Shown here: one piece after another, positions 9,532 to 19,913 of the stretch
How positions within the stretch are numbered: position 1 is the stretch's first letter
How the letters are laid out: each line of letters starts with the position of its first letter
Virus record (IMG/VR): IMGVR_UViG_3300013121_000030
Span: 64,001 to 128,000 of that record
DNA length: 64,000 nt
Strand: one strand, 5' to 3'
DNA from: an uncultured virus (IMG/VR IMGVR_UViG_3300013121_000030)
Taxonomy: Duplodnaviria > Heunggongvirae > Uroviricota > Caudoviricetes
The notes under the pieces: generated by a model
Seen by the model: only the letters and a program-made list of their open reading frames with translations
Database searches by the model: none
What the model was told of the DNA's origin: nothing
Program-made: the position numbers and the translations under genes

Positions 9532-9789
9532 CACTTCATCTCCCACGAGCACCTGAGCGTCTCGAAGATAGGGCCGCAATAGATCTTCTTTTTCCTTGGC
9601 CGGGAATCCCCGGAGAACACAGTAAATGCCGAAGGCCAGTTCATCGAAGAGCTGGAGGATTTCTTCTCTGGAAAGGGGTGGACATTCCCCAAACCAACGA
9701 GGGGCAATGAGCCTCATGAAGGTCTCCACAACATCACAGAAGTCGTTGTCTCCCAAACGAACGCAGAGGATGGGCTGTTTTGGGTTCAT
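9454..9789 (-). CDS. Hypothetical protein
   Basis: 111-aa ORF coupled (ATGA overlap) to 9786-10028. Confidence 0.5.
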   Translation of the reverse strand: MNPKQPILCVRLGDNDFCDVVETFMRLIAPRWFGECPPLSREEILQLFDELAFGIYCVLRGFPAKEKEDLLRPYLRDAQVLVGDEVSAFNNWNGDSCIASLQGQEIVYTVA

Positions 9790-10028
9790 TGTTCGAGTTT
9801 CTCAATGTGACCAACGATTTGATCGTACAAATGATCGTCGCGCTCCTGAACACTCGTTGCGCCATCGGCGGACACTCTCAAAATACGATATATGCCATTT
9901 GCGTTGATTGAAAGATCCGCTCCCCGTGGACCTCGACGGACCAGAGAAATAAACTCAATCCCTTTGTCCCGCAGCAAGAGCTGCACAGCTTCCTGGAGAG
10001 ATAGTGAGATTTTTGGACGGCCCGACAT
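9786..10028 (-). CDS. Hypothetical protein
   Basis: 80-aa ORF in the minus-strand gene string. Confidence 0.5.
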   Translation of the reverse strand: MSGRPKISLSLQEAVQLLLRDKGIEFISLVRRGPRGADLSINANGIYRILRVSADGATSVQERDDHLYDQIVGHIEKLEQ

Positions 10029-10106
10029 GTGAGGGGGTGTGTAGATTGGGCTACACTACGACTTCAATACCCCAGCAGGGACTTCCCGCTGGGGTATTCT
10101 GTGGCC

Positions 10107-10556
10107 TTACTCGACGTCCCCCTCAGCATCCTCGGCATCCTCATCCCCCCCAGGGTCCCGAGGATCGAAATCGTCCAGAGGGCCATCGTAGGACACCCCG
10201 TAGCCCTCCACCTTGAGGTGGATCTTGGCGGTCTTCTTGATCCCTGACCACCATGACACCTCGGGAGCGGTCACGGTGTACGTGAACTCCTCGCCCATGT
10301 TGCGGGTCCCGGCCGGGTAGAGGTAGAGGCCGCCGGGCGTGGTCTCATCTCCCTTGAGAGCGGAGATGATCTGCACCGCCATGTCGTGGCCGCCATTGAT
10401 CTGGCGAGCGTCAGAGATCCCGTTGACGACGGGTCGGCCGGCGAGGATCCCCTTGAGGTCCGCTCCGTGCCCAGACGGATAGCCGTCGTACTGGCGATAG
10501 AGGACCGCGATCTCCGTGTCCCCGGTCTTGATGATGGTGAGGCTTCGTGTTCCCAT
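10107..10556 (-). CDS. Conserved phage hypothetical protein (leaderless)
   Basis: MGTRS...YRQYDGYPSGHG motif common in phage hypotheticals; ATG 6 nt after promoter -10. Confidence 0.7.
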   Translation of the reverse strand: MGTRSLTIIKTGDTEIAVLYRQYDGYPSGHGADLKGILAGRPVVNGISDARQINGGHDMAVQIISALKGDETTPGGLYLYPAGTRNMGEEFTYTVTAPEVSWWSGIKKTAKIHLKVEGYGVSYDGPLDDFDPRDPGGDEDAEDAEGDVE

Positions 10557-10562
10557 GCTCCA

Positions 10563-10590
10563 TGGGTAGCACGCGGACCCCCAGGTTACA
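10563..10590 (-). promoter_or_regulatory. Phage promoter TGTAAC-N16-TACCCA
   Basis: Repeated motif family; ATG 6 nt downstream. Confidence 0.75.
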
Positions 10591-10651
10591 CACAGTCCTG
10601 TGTGCCATATCTCACATAGGTAGCCCAGACTGTCCAATCCTCATAGCAACC

Positions 10652-11485
10652 TCATCTCGTGGTGACTTTTTCTTCAAGGATCGAGAAGATGGTGCCCAGA
10701 AACTGTGGGATCCGCTTGGCCATCTCGGAAGCGGAACCGTGGGAAATGGCGACCAACTCACGTTTTCTCATTCCTGGAACAACTTCCTTGGCTTCCAGTT
10801 TGAAAGTGCCGTCATCCTTCTCTGTGGCGAGGATGGATGCCCGGTAGCTGGATCCTCTGACCAACTGGAAGTTCAAGTCCAGATCGTAACCACGGCTGTA
10901 AATCCCAGCTTCGAGGGATTCAATTCCTGTCAGGGCCGAGGCCCTCCGTTTAGCCTCATTGAGTGCGGATTCAAAAGCTGTGAGAATGAGGGACCGCTCA
11001 TTCTCCCGACGCTTCTCTGCCTGATTTTTTTCGTCCAGGGCCTCCCATCCACCCATTTTTTCCACTTCAGAGAAGACCTCACCCAGGAAGGACTGTGCCA
11101 AAATTTTCCCGATCTTGTTGGCTGAGGGTTTTCCTTTTACGGGATTCTTCCCCAAGACCGTAACTCCTGTGGAGACGTCCTTTGGCATGGAGAGAGAAAC
11201 CGTGGAGGAGACTCCAAGATGATAGGCTGCCACACTAACTCTAACTGAGGTCGCGGGTCTGTGGGCGGATGCAGTGTCGACAGTCGCCCATGCCACAGCT
11301 TGGACACCCTTCGCGGCCAAGGGACTGATGGATTTGTTGGCGGTCTTCAGCAGATCTTCCAGATACTTATTCTGAGAGGAAGTTAGTGCATACGCATTCT
11401 GGATCTCTGGCTGTGCCGCAATCCAGCTACGAGCCACCTTGGAGATGAGGGGTTCAAGTGACATGGTGTTCTCCTTCCTGCTCAC
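10652..11485 (-). CDS. Hypothetical protein, possible head-internal protein
   Basis: 277-aa ORF; basic N-terminal leader SKVARSWIAA. Confidence 0.55.
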   Translation of the reverse strand: MSRKENTMSLEPLISKVARSWIAAQPEIQNAYALTSSQNKYLEDLLKTANKSISPLAAKGVQAVAWATVDTASAHRPATSVRVSVAAYHLGVSSTVSLSMPKDVSTGVTVLGKNPVKGKPSANKIGKILAQSFLGEVFSEVEKMGGWEALDEKNQAEKRRENERSLILTAFESALNEAKRRASALTGIESLEAGIYSRGYDLDLNFQLVRGSSYRASILATEKDDGTFKLEAKEVVPGMRKRELVAISHGSASEMAKRIPQFLGTIFSILEEKVTTR

Positions 11486-11886
11486 AACTTGGAGATCTTC
11501 CGAAGAAGGTCACGGATCAGCTTTGGGCTCGAACTGGCATCCAGCTCCTCCCCAAGGGCATCAATCATGTCGTTTTTGTAAATGCGGATACCTCCCCTCA
11601 AGCTCTTCTCTGCCCTGATCCTTGCCTCCCGCATCTCTGCCGCAGACTTCTCCATATGCATTTGGAGTCCCGTGAGGTTTGTTTTCAGAATCGATAGAGT
11701 TTTGGGGGAGAGCATTGGCTCTACATGCTTCAGCACTCCATGGAGATAGAATATCTGGTCCCACGTCTCTACCAACGCAGGAGCATCATCCATTCCTCTC
11801 CAAGGAGGGGCAGAGACGGCTTGCTTGTGAAACTGGAGAACTGCAGCAGAAAAGCCGGAGAGCATACCTCCGGCTTCGGTACGCAC
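11482..11886 (-). CDS. Hypothetical protein
   Basis: 134-aa ORF in the minus-strand gene string. Confidence 0.55.
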   Translation of the reverse strand: MRTEAGGMLSGFSAAVLQFHKQAVSAPPWRGMDDAPALVETWDQIFYLHGVLKHVEPMLSPKTLSILKTNLTGLQMHMEKSAAEMREARIRAEKSLRGGIRIYKNDMIDALGEELDASSSPKLIRDLLRKISKL

Positions 11887-11897
11887 GAATTAATGCG

Positions 11898-14114
11898 TCA
11901 GTCGATGTTGAGAGACCAGATCCCCACTGGGTTGTTCTCGTAGGACTTGCACCTCCGCACCTCATACCACCCTGCCTCCATGGAGGTGAGGTGGTCATGT
12001 TCTGGGTGCTCCACCCTCATGCCCCCGGGAGCGTGCAAGAACCCCAGGCGGTTCTTCGGCTCCTTCGCCACAGAGATGTGGAGCGTGATGGGGTCATCTG
12101 TCTGGGAGACGAACGTGTGGGACTCAAAACTGAAGGAGTGCCCACTCTGGGGGTTTTCTGCGACCTTGGCCTTGGCGGCGAGGGGGTCCTTGGACTGACG
12201 AAGGAAGATCAAATCCCCTTGCTGGGCACAGACCCACGATGCAGGGACATTCCCCGCCATGTACTGGTAGCAGCGCTCCACGAGCTGATGCGGGGGCGTG
12301 TTGTGGCCGTCTGTGATGCGACACGGCCGGACACGATGGAAGTGGACCCATGTGGCACCAGAATCCCGCCGCTCAAAGATGATCAGGAAGGTGGGATATC
12401 CGCGCGCCGTGACGGTTCCCGTCAGGGTGAAGAAGCACAGGCCGTAGTCATCCCCCTGCCCATTCAAATTCTTCTCCAGGTCGTTCACGACGATCCCACC
12501 AGTCACAGGATCCGTGAACCCTTCCTCGAAGAGGTAGTAGTTCCGTGAATAGCACCACTGGGTGCGCACCCCACTGACCGAAACCGCAACGTAGGGGATG
12601 GTGACAGTCCGGGTTTCGTTGTCGACCTGGGGCGTGAACGCAGAGCGCTCCTTCCGAGTCTTCTGCGCGTGGGAGACATCCTCGTCGCCTTCGTTGTCCA
12701 TCTCCAGCTCCCACTGGGACTGCACAAACTTGGGCATGGCCTTCCACTTGGGGCCCTTGGTGTGTTTGGTGAGGAACGCAGGCCACTTGAAGAGGGCGTT
12801 CAACCATGGGGTGATGTCCCGTTCGTAGGTAGTCCTGCTTGCGGCGTTCTTCGCCACCTCCGAAATGATGGGAGACCAGCCCTTCTGAGAGAGGGCCTTC
12901 TCCCACAGCAGGAACTCCCGGTTGACGGGGGCTCCATGGTCCCCTGGCTGCGAGAACACCCCTGTGGGGATGTCTCCTGCTGCAATGGCCGCAAAGAGCT
13001 TGGGGTATGCCTCCTTGGTAATCCCAAGGCCCGCAGCCTGGCCCTCCGCCGTCTTCTGCTTGCGGTAGTCCTTCTTGGCTTCTTCTTCGCGTATCTTGTC
13101 CGAGACTCCAGGAAGGGACTCACACAGCCTTCGACGAAATCTCAGGCCATTGATGACGGCCCTGTTTTTCCCAACCCCGACCGAATCAGTCCACGAGTGA
13201 TACCGGAATTCCTCCTGGGAGAATTGGGGTTGGCGTGCATCGCGGAGTGCTGCGACGAGCTTGTCGTAATCCTCCCCAACCGCACGAAGAAACGCCGACA
13301 GGAGCTTGTTGTTGGAGACTCCCTCCCAAGTCCTTGGAGACCGAAGCCACTCGAAGAAGCGAAACTCAAACGGCAGCTCCGTTTTGAGGCGTCCCAGATT
13401 CAGTGCGATGGTCTTCCTTGTCCGGGTTGCCGTCAGCCCCTCATCATCACAATCATACGTCCACGCACTCATGAGGGACGACCAGAGGGTCTCTGGGCCT
13501 CCCTCAAATGAGCTTCCACGGAGGTGGCCCATGATCGTGGGAATCGGGTAATTCTCGCGCAAGGATTCGTAGAAATGGCCCTTCCAGGAACCTACCTCCA
13601 CGTCCACACGAAGATCTGTTCCCTCCACAGTCACGTGCCCCACTGAAGGGCACAGGAACTTTAGATGACGACGGAGGATTTCCCCGCGGAACTCAATCTC
13701 CACCTCTCCAAAGAGGTAGGGTCTCAGATATTTGGACTTCGGTGAACAACGAAGCTCTAGTTCCCATTCCTGTCCAGGAGCATAGGAATCCGCCTCCATG
13801 TAGTGGTTTTCTGTTCTTCCTCTATGAAAGTCACCGGGGATCCGAAAGCTGACCTGAGAGGGGCGAGTAGTTACCTCAGACACCAACTTGGCCTTAAAAA
13901 GATCTGGTGTTGCGACCAGCTTTTCTCGCAACCAATCCGGTGACCGCCTAGAAGGGTGGGTCGAAATCCTCAGATTGGAATCGTCTCCCACAACCCCCAC
14001 CACTCCAAGGCCGGGCGCAATCTCGACACGGTGGATGAGAATCTCTTTGTGCTTGTAGTAGGTGTTCAAGAAGTCAGTGGAAAAGTCAGTGGAAAAAGAG
14101 ACGGAAATGGTCAT
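11898..14114 (-). CDS. Large hypothetical protein with C-terminal QGD..H..HPEH..G.Y.VRR phage domain
   Basis: 738-aa ORF; His-rich C-terminal module recurrent in phage proteins. Confidence 0.65.
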   Translation of the reverse strand: MTISVSFSTDFSTDFLNTYYKHKEILIHRVEIAPGLGVVGVVGDDSNLRISTHPSRRSPDWLREKLVATPDLFKAKLVSEVTTRPSQVSFRIPGDFHRGRTENHYMEADSYAPGQEWELELRCSPKSKYLRPYLFGEVEIEFRGEILRRHLKFLCPSVGHVTVEGTDLRVDVEVGSWKGHFYESLRENYPIPTIMGHLRGSSFEGGPETLWSSLMSAWTYDCDDEGLTATRTRKTIALNLGRLKTELPFEFRFFEWLRSPRTWEGVSNNKLLSAFLRAVGEDYDKLVAALRDARQPQFSQEEFRYHSWTDSVGVGKNRAVINGLRFRRRLCESLPGVSDKIREEEAKKDYRKQKTAEGQAAGLGITKEAYPKLFAAIAAGDIPTGVFSQPGDHGAPVNREFLLWEKALSQKGWSPIISEVAKNAASRTTYERDITPWLNALFKWPAFLTKHTKGPKWKAMPKFVQSQWELEMDNEGDEDVSHAQKTRKERSAFTPQVDNETRTVTIPYVAVSVSGVRTQWCYSRNYYLFEEGFTDPVTGGIVVNDLEKNLNGQGDDYGLCFFTLTGTVTARGYPTFLIIFERRDSGATWVHFHRVRPCRITDGHNTPPHQLVERCYQYMAGNVPASWVCAQQGDLIFLRQSKDPLAAKAKVAENPQSGHSFSFESHTFVSQTDDPITLHISVAKEPKNRLGFLHAPGGMRVEHPEHDHLTSMEAGWYEVRRCKSYENNPVGIWSLNID

Positions 14115-14132
14115 CGTGGGTTTCCTGTGGTG

Positions 14133-15515
14133 TTAGATGTACCCCTCGGCGATGTCCTGAAAGAGATCACGATTGGCAATGACTGCGTGGTTGATCCGCA
14201 CAACCATTCGTTGCGCATCCCTTTCTGGGATTCCGACCCTCTCGGCGAGTTCAGCAGCACGAAGACCCGCGAAGCGATGCGCCTCGAAAACTTGCGCCCA
14301 TGGGAGTTCAGGCTCGTCAAAAAGGTCGGACACGAGCCTCAAGGCTCGCGCCTTGAGGGATTCAAACTCAAGGCGATCCTCAGCGTTCTCTTCGGGATCG
14401 GCCATTCGTTCGAGAGCCAGCTCATCCTTTGGCTGAGCATTCAGGTCATCGAACTGCCCGAATTCCAACCCCACTTCTTCTCGTTGACGTCGCTCTCCCT
14501 CCGTTCGTGCTCCAACCGAAGACCTCAAGAGGGCGTCCTGTCCCTTGTCCCGAACGATGGAACACACCTGCTTTGTAATCCACTGGCGTGCAGCTGCAGC
14601 GTTGATCTTCCCCTCAATGATATGCCGGGAAAAGGCATTGTTGGAGATTTTGCGAGCAATTGCTTCTCGCATCTCATCTTCGGCAGTCCCCGCCGCCGCT
14701 GAGACCGGAAATCGGAGCTTGATCGTCCTCAAAACTCGATCCAGAAAACCCGAAGTGATGTCTTGGTAGGCAATCCAGAATGCGGTGAGATTGGTGCCCA
14801 GATTGTTCTTGGTCCACCGATCCACCGCAGATGGATCCAAGAGCCGAATTTCTCCCCCATCCTGGGGCGAAAGACGTGAGAGTCCCACCTGGAACTTGAG
14901 CTGACTCAACACCCGTGCCTTTCGCAGAATCGTCAGCAGAGGCAAGTCTGGGTATTGACGACACATGAAGATGTGCAAGTCTCCCTCGCTCATCATCCCC
15001 CGAAAGTAAGGGTGAAAGTCCTCAGGCATGGAGGACAGAAGGACTTCAGCGAAGATGTCCCGCGCAGAATCCATGTCTGCCGAACATCGGAGTCGTTCTC
15101 CCAGCAGAGAGGGACTCCCGTCCTCTTGGAGGAGTTGCAACATCCGTGCGGATCGTCGACACGTCTCCAAATACTGCGTCGAGTATCCTGCCGTCCCCCT
15201 CAGAAGAAGCCGATAGATTCCCACATCCCCAACGGAAGGAAGAGAAGTCAACGACCACCCCCCACGTCCCACAGGGATCTCCCCCGATGTTGGGGGATTT
15301 GACCTGTGACTAGGGCCCACCCGAACCACGGGGATTTGATGTAGGATCCGAAGGATCTCTGCATCAAACTCCTCCACTGGAAGACGGTCTGCCCAGCGAT
15401 CTGCACCACAATAGGATCGGACCCGATCCAAAAATTGGGTTGTTTGGATGGATGACGTTTGCGCCAAAAGGGCGCAAAGAACGGTCGACCACGGAATCGT
15501 GGTTGGGAGCTTCAT
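14133..15515 (-). CDS. ECF-like RNA polymerase sigma factor with long N-terminal extension
   Basis: Region-2-like AEDEMREA...ARQWITKQVCSIVRD and region-4 HTH GLRAAELAERVGIPERDAQRMVVR. Confidence 0.6.
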   Translation of the reverse strand: MKLPTTIPWSTVLCALLAQTSSIQTTQFLDRVRSYCGADRWADRLPVEEFDAEILRILHQIPVVRVGPSHRSNPPTSGEIPVGRGGWSLTSLPSVGDVGIYRLLLRGTAGYSTQYLETCRRSARMLQLLQEDGSPSLLGERLRCSADMDSARDIFAEVLLSSMPEDFHPYFRGMMSEGDLHIFMCRQYPDLPLLTILRKARVLSQLKFQVGLSRLSPQDGGEIRLLDPSAVDRWTKNNLGTNLTAFWIAYQDITSGFLDRVLRTIKLRFPVSAAAGTAEDEMREAIARKISNNAFSRHIIEGKINAAAARQWITKQVCSIVRDKGQDALLRSSVGARTEGERRQREEVGLEFGQFDDLNAQPKDELALERMADPEENAEDRLEFESLKARALRLVSDLFDEPELPWAQVFEAHRFAGLRAAELAERVGIPERDAQRMVVRINHAVIANRDLFQDIAEGYI

Positions 15516-15588
15516 AATCTGTCCTGTGGTGTGTGGGAACGGGAACGTTGAGTGTAGACCGCTCCCCGAAGTCCGGATGTAAGGTCCC

Positions 15589-15831
15589 TTACAACAGGGG
15601 CCGAGGTACTGTGAGTCGCTTCACAGTGCCCCCAGGGGGGCACTGTCGGTATGCTTCAGCACGAAAGTGGAACTCGCCGATGATGTCCTCACCCACTTGA
15701 ACCCTCCACCGATAGCAAGAGGGTCTCTTGGAGTCCTTCTCCACAACGCGCCTTTCTCGTGCGTAGCCCGCACTTCGCGTTGTGGAGGTGAAGACATCAG
15801 GAGATGGGTCCCTGAAGTAGCGAGTCGTCAC
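15589..15831 (-). CDS. Hypothetical protein (leaderless, GTG start)
   Basis: Start 6 nt after promoter -10. Confidence 0.55.
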   Translation of the reverse strand: MTTRYFRDPSPDVFTSTTRSAGYARERRVVEKDSKRPSCYRWRVQVGEDIIGEFHFRAEAYRQCPPGGTVKRLTVPRPLL

Positions 15832-15837
15832 ACCCCC

Positions 15838-15865
15838 AGTGTAGCACGACTTGGACCGACTTACA
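15838..15865 (-). promoter_or_regulatory. Phage promoter TGTAAG-N16-TACACT
   Basis: Motif family member. Confidence 0.75.
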
Positions 15866-15868
15866 CAA

Positions 15869-16366
15869 CTAATTGTCGAACCAGAACACGATCCGGCAGG
15901 GTTGGTCGGGCTTCTCCAAGGACTTCATGAAGGTATGGATAGCCTTCATGAGGTTGGCGGCATAAGGATCTTCGGGTCTGCAGTGACGGAGGATCTTCGT
16001 GACCTCCTCCGTTCCGAGCCACGAGGGAGTATGACGGTCTGGATTTGTGATCCGAACAGGGACCCCATTCTTCTCCTCCCAGACCTGGCAAATGCCCCTG
16101 GAGATCCATTTTCGAGCGTTCTCTGTGGTGACAACTCTCTCCACCGAGCTTTCCTCGTCACTCACCCAGAGCAAGTATTTGTCCTGAACCCTCCAGGAGA
16201 TGTCCTTCGGAATCCCCTTTGGGGGTAGGGACTTCGCGGTTTCATACCTGACCCCGGCCAGGAGAGAGAACACCGAGTATTGGCGGGGGTAACAGAACTC
16301 GCCCACAAATTTCCATTCCCCCGCTCGCTGCTGCTCCACAAACGGACCATGAATGTCGGTTCCCAT
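15869..16366 (-). CDS. Conserved phage hypothetical protein
   Basis: MGTDIH...RQYSVFSLLAGVR...HTPSWL...RIVFWFDN pattern; SD AGAGGA. Confidence 0.7.
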   Translation of the reverse strand: MGTDIHGPFVEQQRAGEWKFVGEFCYPRQYSVFSLLAGVRYETAKSLPPKGIPKDISWRVQDKYLLWVSDEESSVERVVTTENARKWISRGICQVWEEKNGVPVRITNPDRHTPSWLGTEEVTKILRHCRPEDPYAANLMKAIHTFMKSLEKPDQPCRIVFWFDN

Positions 16367-16388
16367 GCTCTGAATTCCTCTCACCCGG

Positions 16389-16416
16389 AGAGTAGCACGA
16401 TGGCTAGGAAGTTACA
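16389..16416 (-). promoter_or_regulatory. Phage promoter TGTAAC-N16-TACTCT
   Basis: Motif family member. Confidence 0.75.
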
Positions 16417-16470
16417 TGGAGAGTGAGCCTGATCAGTCTCACAGGCGCGGATCGCGCGCTGCGTCAGGGG

Positions 16471-18162
16471 TCAAGAGGTCTTCCAGAGGAAGACATGTGT
16501 GTCCGAAACCGCCCAAAGAGCAGCCCCGCATGCGAAGAGATCTGCTGCACGGGACGCAATGAGGGGATCCGTGACAATCTTTGTCGCCGGGTGTCCGCGA
16601 TGGTTGAGGAAGATTTCAAGCTTCTCTTCGTGGGGGACGGAGACCGCACATACCCCAGTGTCCAAAACGGCCATGGATGGTTCGTAGGGCACAGGGGTCT
16701 CTTCGGTGCGGAGATCGTAGGCTCCCGAAGAATCAAATCGAAGGACGTGCCTGAAGTATCTCGTCCCCTTTCGAGTGGAGACGAGCAGAACTCCCTTTGA
16801 GGAGAGGGCGCCCAACACTGTGTGGTGTTCGAGTTCCCTCACGATGGCTCGGACAGAGGTGTCCTTGGAGGGGAACACCATGAACAGTGGGGACCCGAAG
16901 GCATTCTGTGTGATCACCCCAGGGTCCATTCGGGTGGCCTGCGGCATGACGGTGGAAAAACTGTGAGCCGTCAAGAACACCCGATTGTTGAGGCACGTCC
17001 CACGAATCTCAGTGATGCTCTCCCCCATCCGAGCGAATATTCTCCCATCCGCAGACATGAGGGATTGGGCCGCGATTTGCGTTGTGACTTGACGGCTGCC
17101 ATCCAAATCCTCTCCGGTGAGATTTCCTTCGGCATCCAAGGAAAGTAGGATTCTCCCCTGGACATCCAAGACAGCACATGGGCCCTGTGGGGCAGGTCGG
17201 CTCTTCCCGCCGTCAATCCACAGTTTGTTCTGTCCCAAGACCACATGTCGTTGGGGGGAGTCCGCATACAAAATCTTCCGAATCTCTTCTGAGGTTGTCA
17301 GAACAGCAACTTCACGGAGGTTCGTAGCATGAATGAGGATGGGCTGGAGGAGGATGGGTGCTCCAGACATGGACGCTGGGGGCTCCAACCTCTTCCCAGA
17401 CACAAAGATAGCCTTCATCCAGTCCATGTAGGCCGATGGGACATCGGACATGGGGAAGCAAGCTGGCGGGAGCTTGGTTGCGGGGTCAAAGATCGAGATC
17501 CCCAACTGCATCCTGGTCAGCAAATCCTTCCCACAGGGATGTTGGCCCTGGTAGGGGTGGATCCCAATCAGGAGTTTGCACACCAACACCGCAAACGAGA
17601 ACCAGTCGGATCCCTCAGTCCACTTCCCATGAGCAATGGGATCCATGATGACTTCGGCGATAGCCCGAGCCGGAAAGTTTGGGGTCTGGTAGGAATCCGT
17701 GTCAATGAACCACGGACTCACAAAATCAGGACCCACGAGGATGTTTCCCTCATTCAGGTCCACGATCAAAGTCTGAGCTTTGTGGATCCTCTCGATGACC
17801 TCTCGACACTTGAGGATCAGGTCGTGGATCATGGGGTTGGTGATGGCCTCACGCCGCCGAAATCCCTTTGTGAAGAGAGGGCTCAGCGGCGTCGACGAAT
17901 CCACAAAACGAAAGGTGTGCCCTACATAGCAGGACTTCTGAGAATCGCCGAAGAGGGGCTCCTCGGGCAAGATAACCCGCGGATCCCGGATTGCGGCCAA
18001 CTCCCGAATCTTTGGGATGGGGACGACACGCTGGGGATCGTGATAGATTTTGATGCCGTGCGTGCGTGAAACCCGGAAGATGGAACCCTCGCCGCCCTGT
18101 GCTACAAAATCCTTGGTGGTATCCACATTGTAGGTGGAGGATGCCGTCCAGTAGCGTGTCAT
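16471..18162 (-). CDS. Ser/Thr protein kinase, YegI / TerY-associated type
   Basis: AQGGEGSIF, IKIYH, IVDLNEGNILV, FIDTDSYQ, DWFSFAVL, GIHPYQG motifs. Confidence 0.88.
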   Translation of the reverse strand: MTRYWTASSTYNVDTTKDFVAQGGEGSIFRVSRTHGIKIYHDPQRVVPIPKIRELAAIRDPRVILPEEPLFGDSQKSCYVGHTFRFVDSSTPLSPLFTKGFRRREAITNPMIHDLILKCREVIERIHKAQTLIVDLNEGNILVGPDFVSPWFIDTDSYQTPNFPARAIAEVIMDPIAHGKWTEGSDWFSFAVLVCKLLIGIHPYQGQHPCGKDLLTRMQLGISIFDPATKLPPACFPMSDVPSAYMDWMKAIFVSGKRLEPPASMSGAPILLQPILIHATNLREVAVLTTSEEIRKILYADSPQRHVVLGQNKLWIDGGKSRPAPQGPCAVLDVQGRILLSLDAEGNLTGEDLDGSRQVTTQIAAQSLMSADGRIFARMGESITEIRGTCLNNRVFLTAHSFSTVMPQATRMDPGVITQNAFGSPLFMVFPSKDTSVRAIVRELEHHTVLGALSSKGVLLVSTRKGTRYFRHVLRFDSSGAYDLRTEETPVPYEPSMAVLDTGVCAVSVPHEEKLEIFLNHRGHPATKIVTDPLIASRAADLFACGAALWAVSDTHVFLWKTS

Positions 18163-19040
18163 AGCCCGAGCTTCCTCTTGGTCTCCTGGAGATAGAACTC
18201 TTCCAGGGTGGGGGCCTCTTCAGGGGCAATGAAGAGATAGGACCCGGCCAAATCGTCCGTATGGGTTTGCGCAATGCACACCTTCCGATAGGCAGCCAGG
18301 AGGGGCAGCCACGGCTTGCGAAGGTGTAGATGACTGGAAAATCCCTCCACAAGGTGGTCCACCAAAACCTTGGGGTCGACCCCTCGGAAGGTTTCCAGCC
18401 CATCCGAGAATACTGCGGCGAAGTTGTATTCCTCTGGTCCCCAGGTCTCATCGACGAAGGGAGCAATGTCTCGCTCCTCGCTGTCCAACTCAGTTTGCCC
18501 CGAGAACCTACGGACCTTGTCCTTGAGGGGTGTGGGACCAAAGGTGTCCTGGTAAGGATTACCTTCCCCCATGAAGTAGGGGATGTATGGGGGCTGATTG
18601 GAAGGGGCCGAAATCTGGTGAATCTCGAACGTCACTCCTTCAAGTGAGATCTTTCCTCGGACCCACACCCCGTCCCCACACCCACGGAGACGAAAGCCCT
18701 GGGAGTCGAAGGTAAGAGCCAGGAGCGTACAAAGCTCAGACGTTGTTGGGAGGCCAAGAGCTGCGCGGACCTGAGTAACCTGCGAATGGGCTTTGGTGAA
18801 GAGGGAAATGGAATCCTTGCTCCACGAATCAGGGTCCCCATCCATCATTTTGGCCACGGTGCTCACCCATAGCCTGGACCCAATGTCTGTGAACGTCCCA
18901 GACGAGCACCCGTCCGAGACGATGGCGAGACCCACAGGAGGCTTCTCGGGATCCAAGGTCCCCGCGAAGGAGAAAGCATAGTCTTCACAAACACGGTGAG
19001 TTGAGCCGATTGAGAAGTGGTGTCCAGCGAAGATTTTCAT
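18159..19040 (-). CDS. PP2C-family protein phosphatase (PphC/YegK-like)
   Basis: GSTHRVCEDY, AIVSDGCSS, CTLL, GDG, FSDGL, DDL motifs; stop overlaps kinase start. Confidence 0.85.
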   Translation of the reverse strand: MKIFAGHHFSIGSTHRVCEDYAFSFAGTLDPEKPPVGLAIVSDGCSSGTFTDIGSRLWVSTVAKMMDGDPDSWSKDSISLFTKAHSQVTQVRAALGLPTTSELCTLLALTFDSQGFRLRGCGDGVWVRGKISLEGVTFEIHQISAPSNQPPYIPYFMGEGNPYQDTFGPTPLKDKVRRFSGQTELDSEERDIAPFVDETWGPEEYNFAAVFSDGLETFRGVDPKVLVDHLVEGFSSHLHLRKPWLPLLAAYRKVCIAQTHTDDLAGSYLFIAPEEAPTLEEFYLQETKRKLGL

Positions 19041-19104
19041 GGGATGTTCCAGGGATTCATGGGCCATGGAGGAGATTTCCCCCTCCATGGCCTGGGGTGA
19101 CTGC

Positions 19105-19893
19105 TCAGATCGAGAGCAGCTTGGAGGCGCTGCCGGTCCCCAGAGCCTTGCTCTGGGAGATGGACTGAGAGGCCACGAAATGGCCGATCTTCGCCATGGT
19201 GGCGGGAGACGCATCTCCGGCGGCAATGTAGTTGTCGATCCCCACCGACCCCTTGTAGTTGTCGAGGTAGGACGAAGTGCTTGTGGAGGGGTCGACGTTG
19301 ACCCCCACGAGCACGGACTGGAGGGACTCCAGCACCCGAATCTCGGGGTTCAGCTTGGCTGCCTTGGCAGAGCTGAGTGCTGTCTGAGCACCCTGCATGT
19401 TCTCGCGGGAAGCGTTTTCCTCTCCATCGGTCAAGACGAAGAGGACCGCATTGACCAGGAAGCCCTTCTCCGTCAAGGACTTCCCGTAAGCGAGGGTGGC
19501 TGAGCAAGCATCCACAATCGCGTCGTTGAGGGCCGTACATCCATAGGGAGCGATGGCGCCGGCGTAGTCTCCGGAGGTCACATCCATCAACTCCTTGAAG
19601 CCGAAGGTCTCCTTCACGCGATCTGCGAAGGTAACCATACGGACCATCATGTTCGCTGCCTGAGGGGAACGAGCCGCCCCCTGGATGGCGGACTCGACGG
19701 CCTTCGAGAGGAGGTTGGCAAAACCCGCGACTGAGGAAGAACAATCGACGAGGATGGTGATGAGGGTGTAGGACGTTGCGCCCAGGTTGTTGGGGTCCAT
19801 GGCCGAGAAGACCTTGGACTGCCCGCCGAAACCGAAGTGCGACGGGTCAAACGTGAACGACTGCATCCCACTTGGGATATTGGACGATGCCAT
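19105..19893 (-). other. vWA domain protein (TerY/YegL-like)
   Basis: MIDAS motif DCSSS, GCTALNDA, LTDGEEN. Confidence 0.85.
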
Positions 19894-19913
19894 GGTGATA
19901 CCTGTGTTGAGGG

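Noticed and set aside
14071-14096. 12-bp tandem duplication (FSTD x2) near the start of the 738-aa ORF
   Set aside because: Simple in-frame duplication with no sign of function
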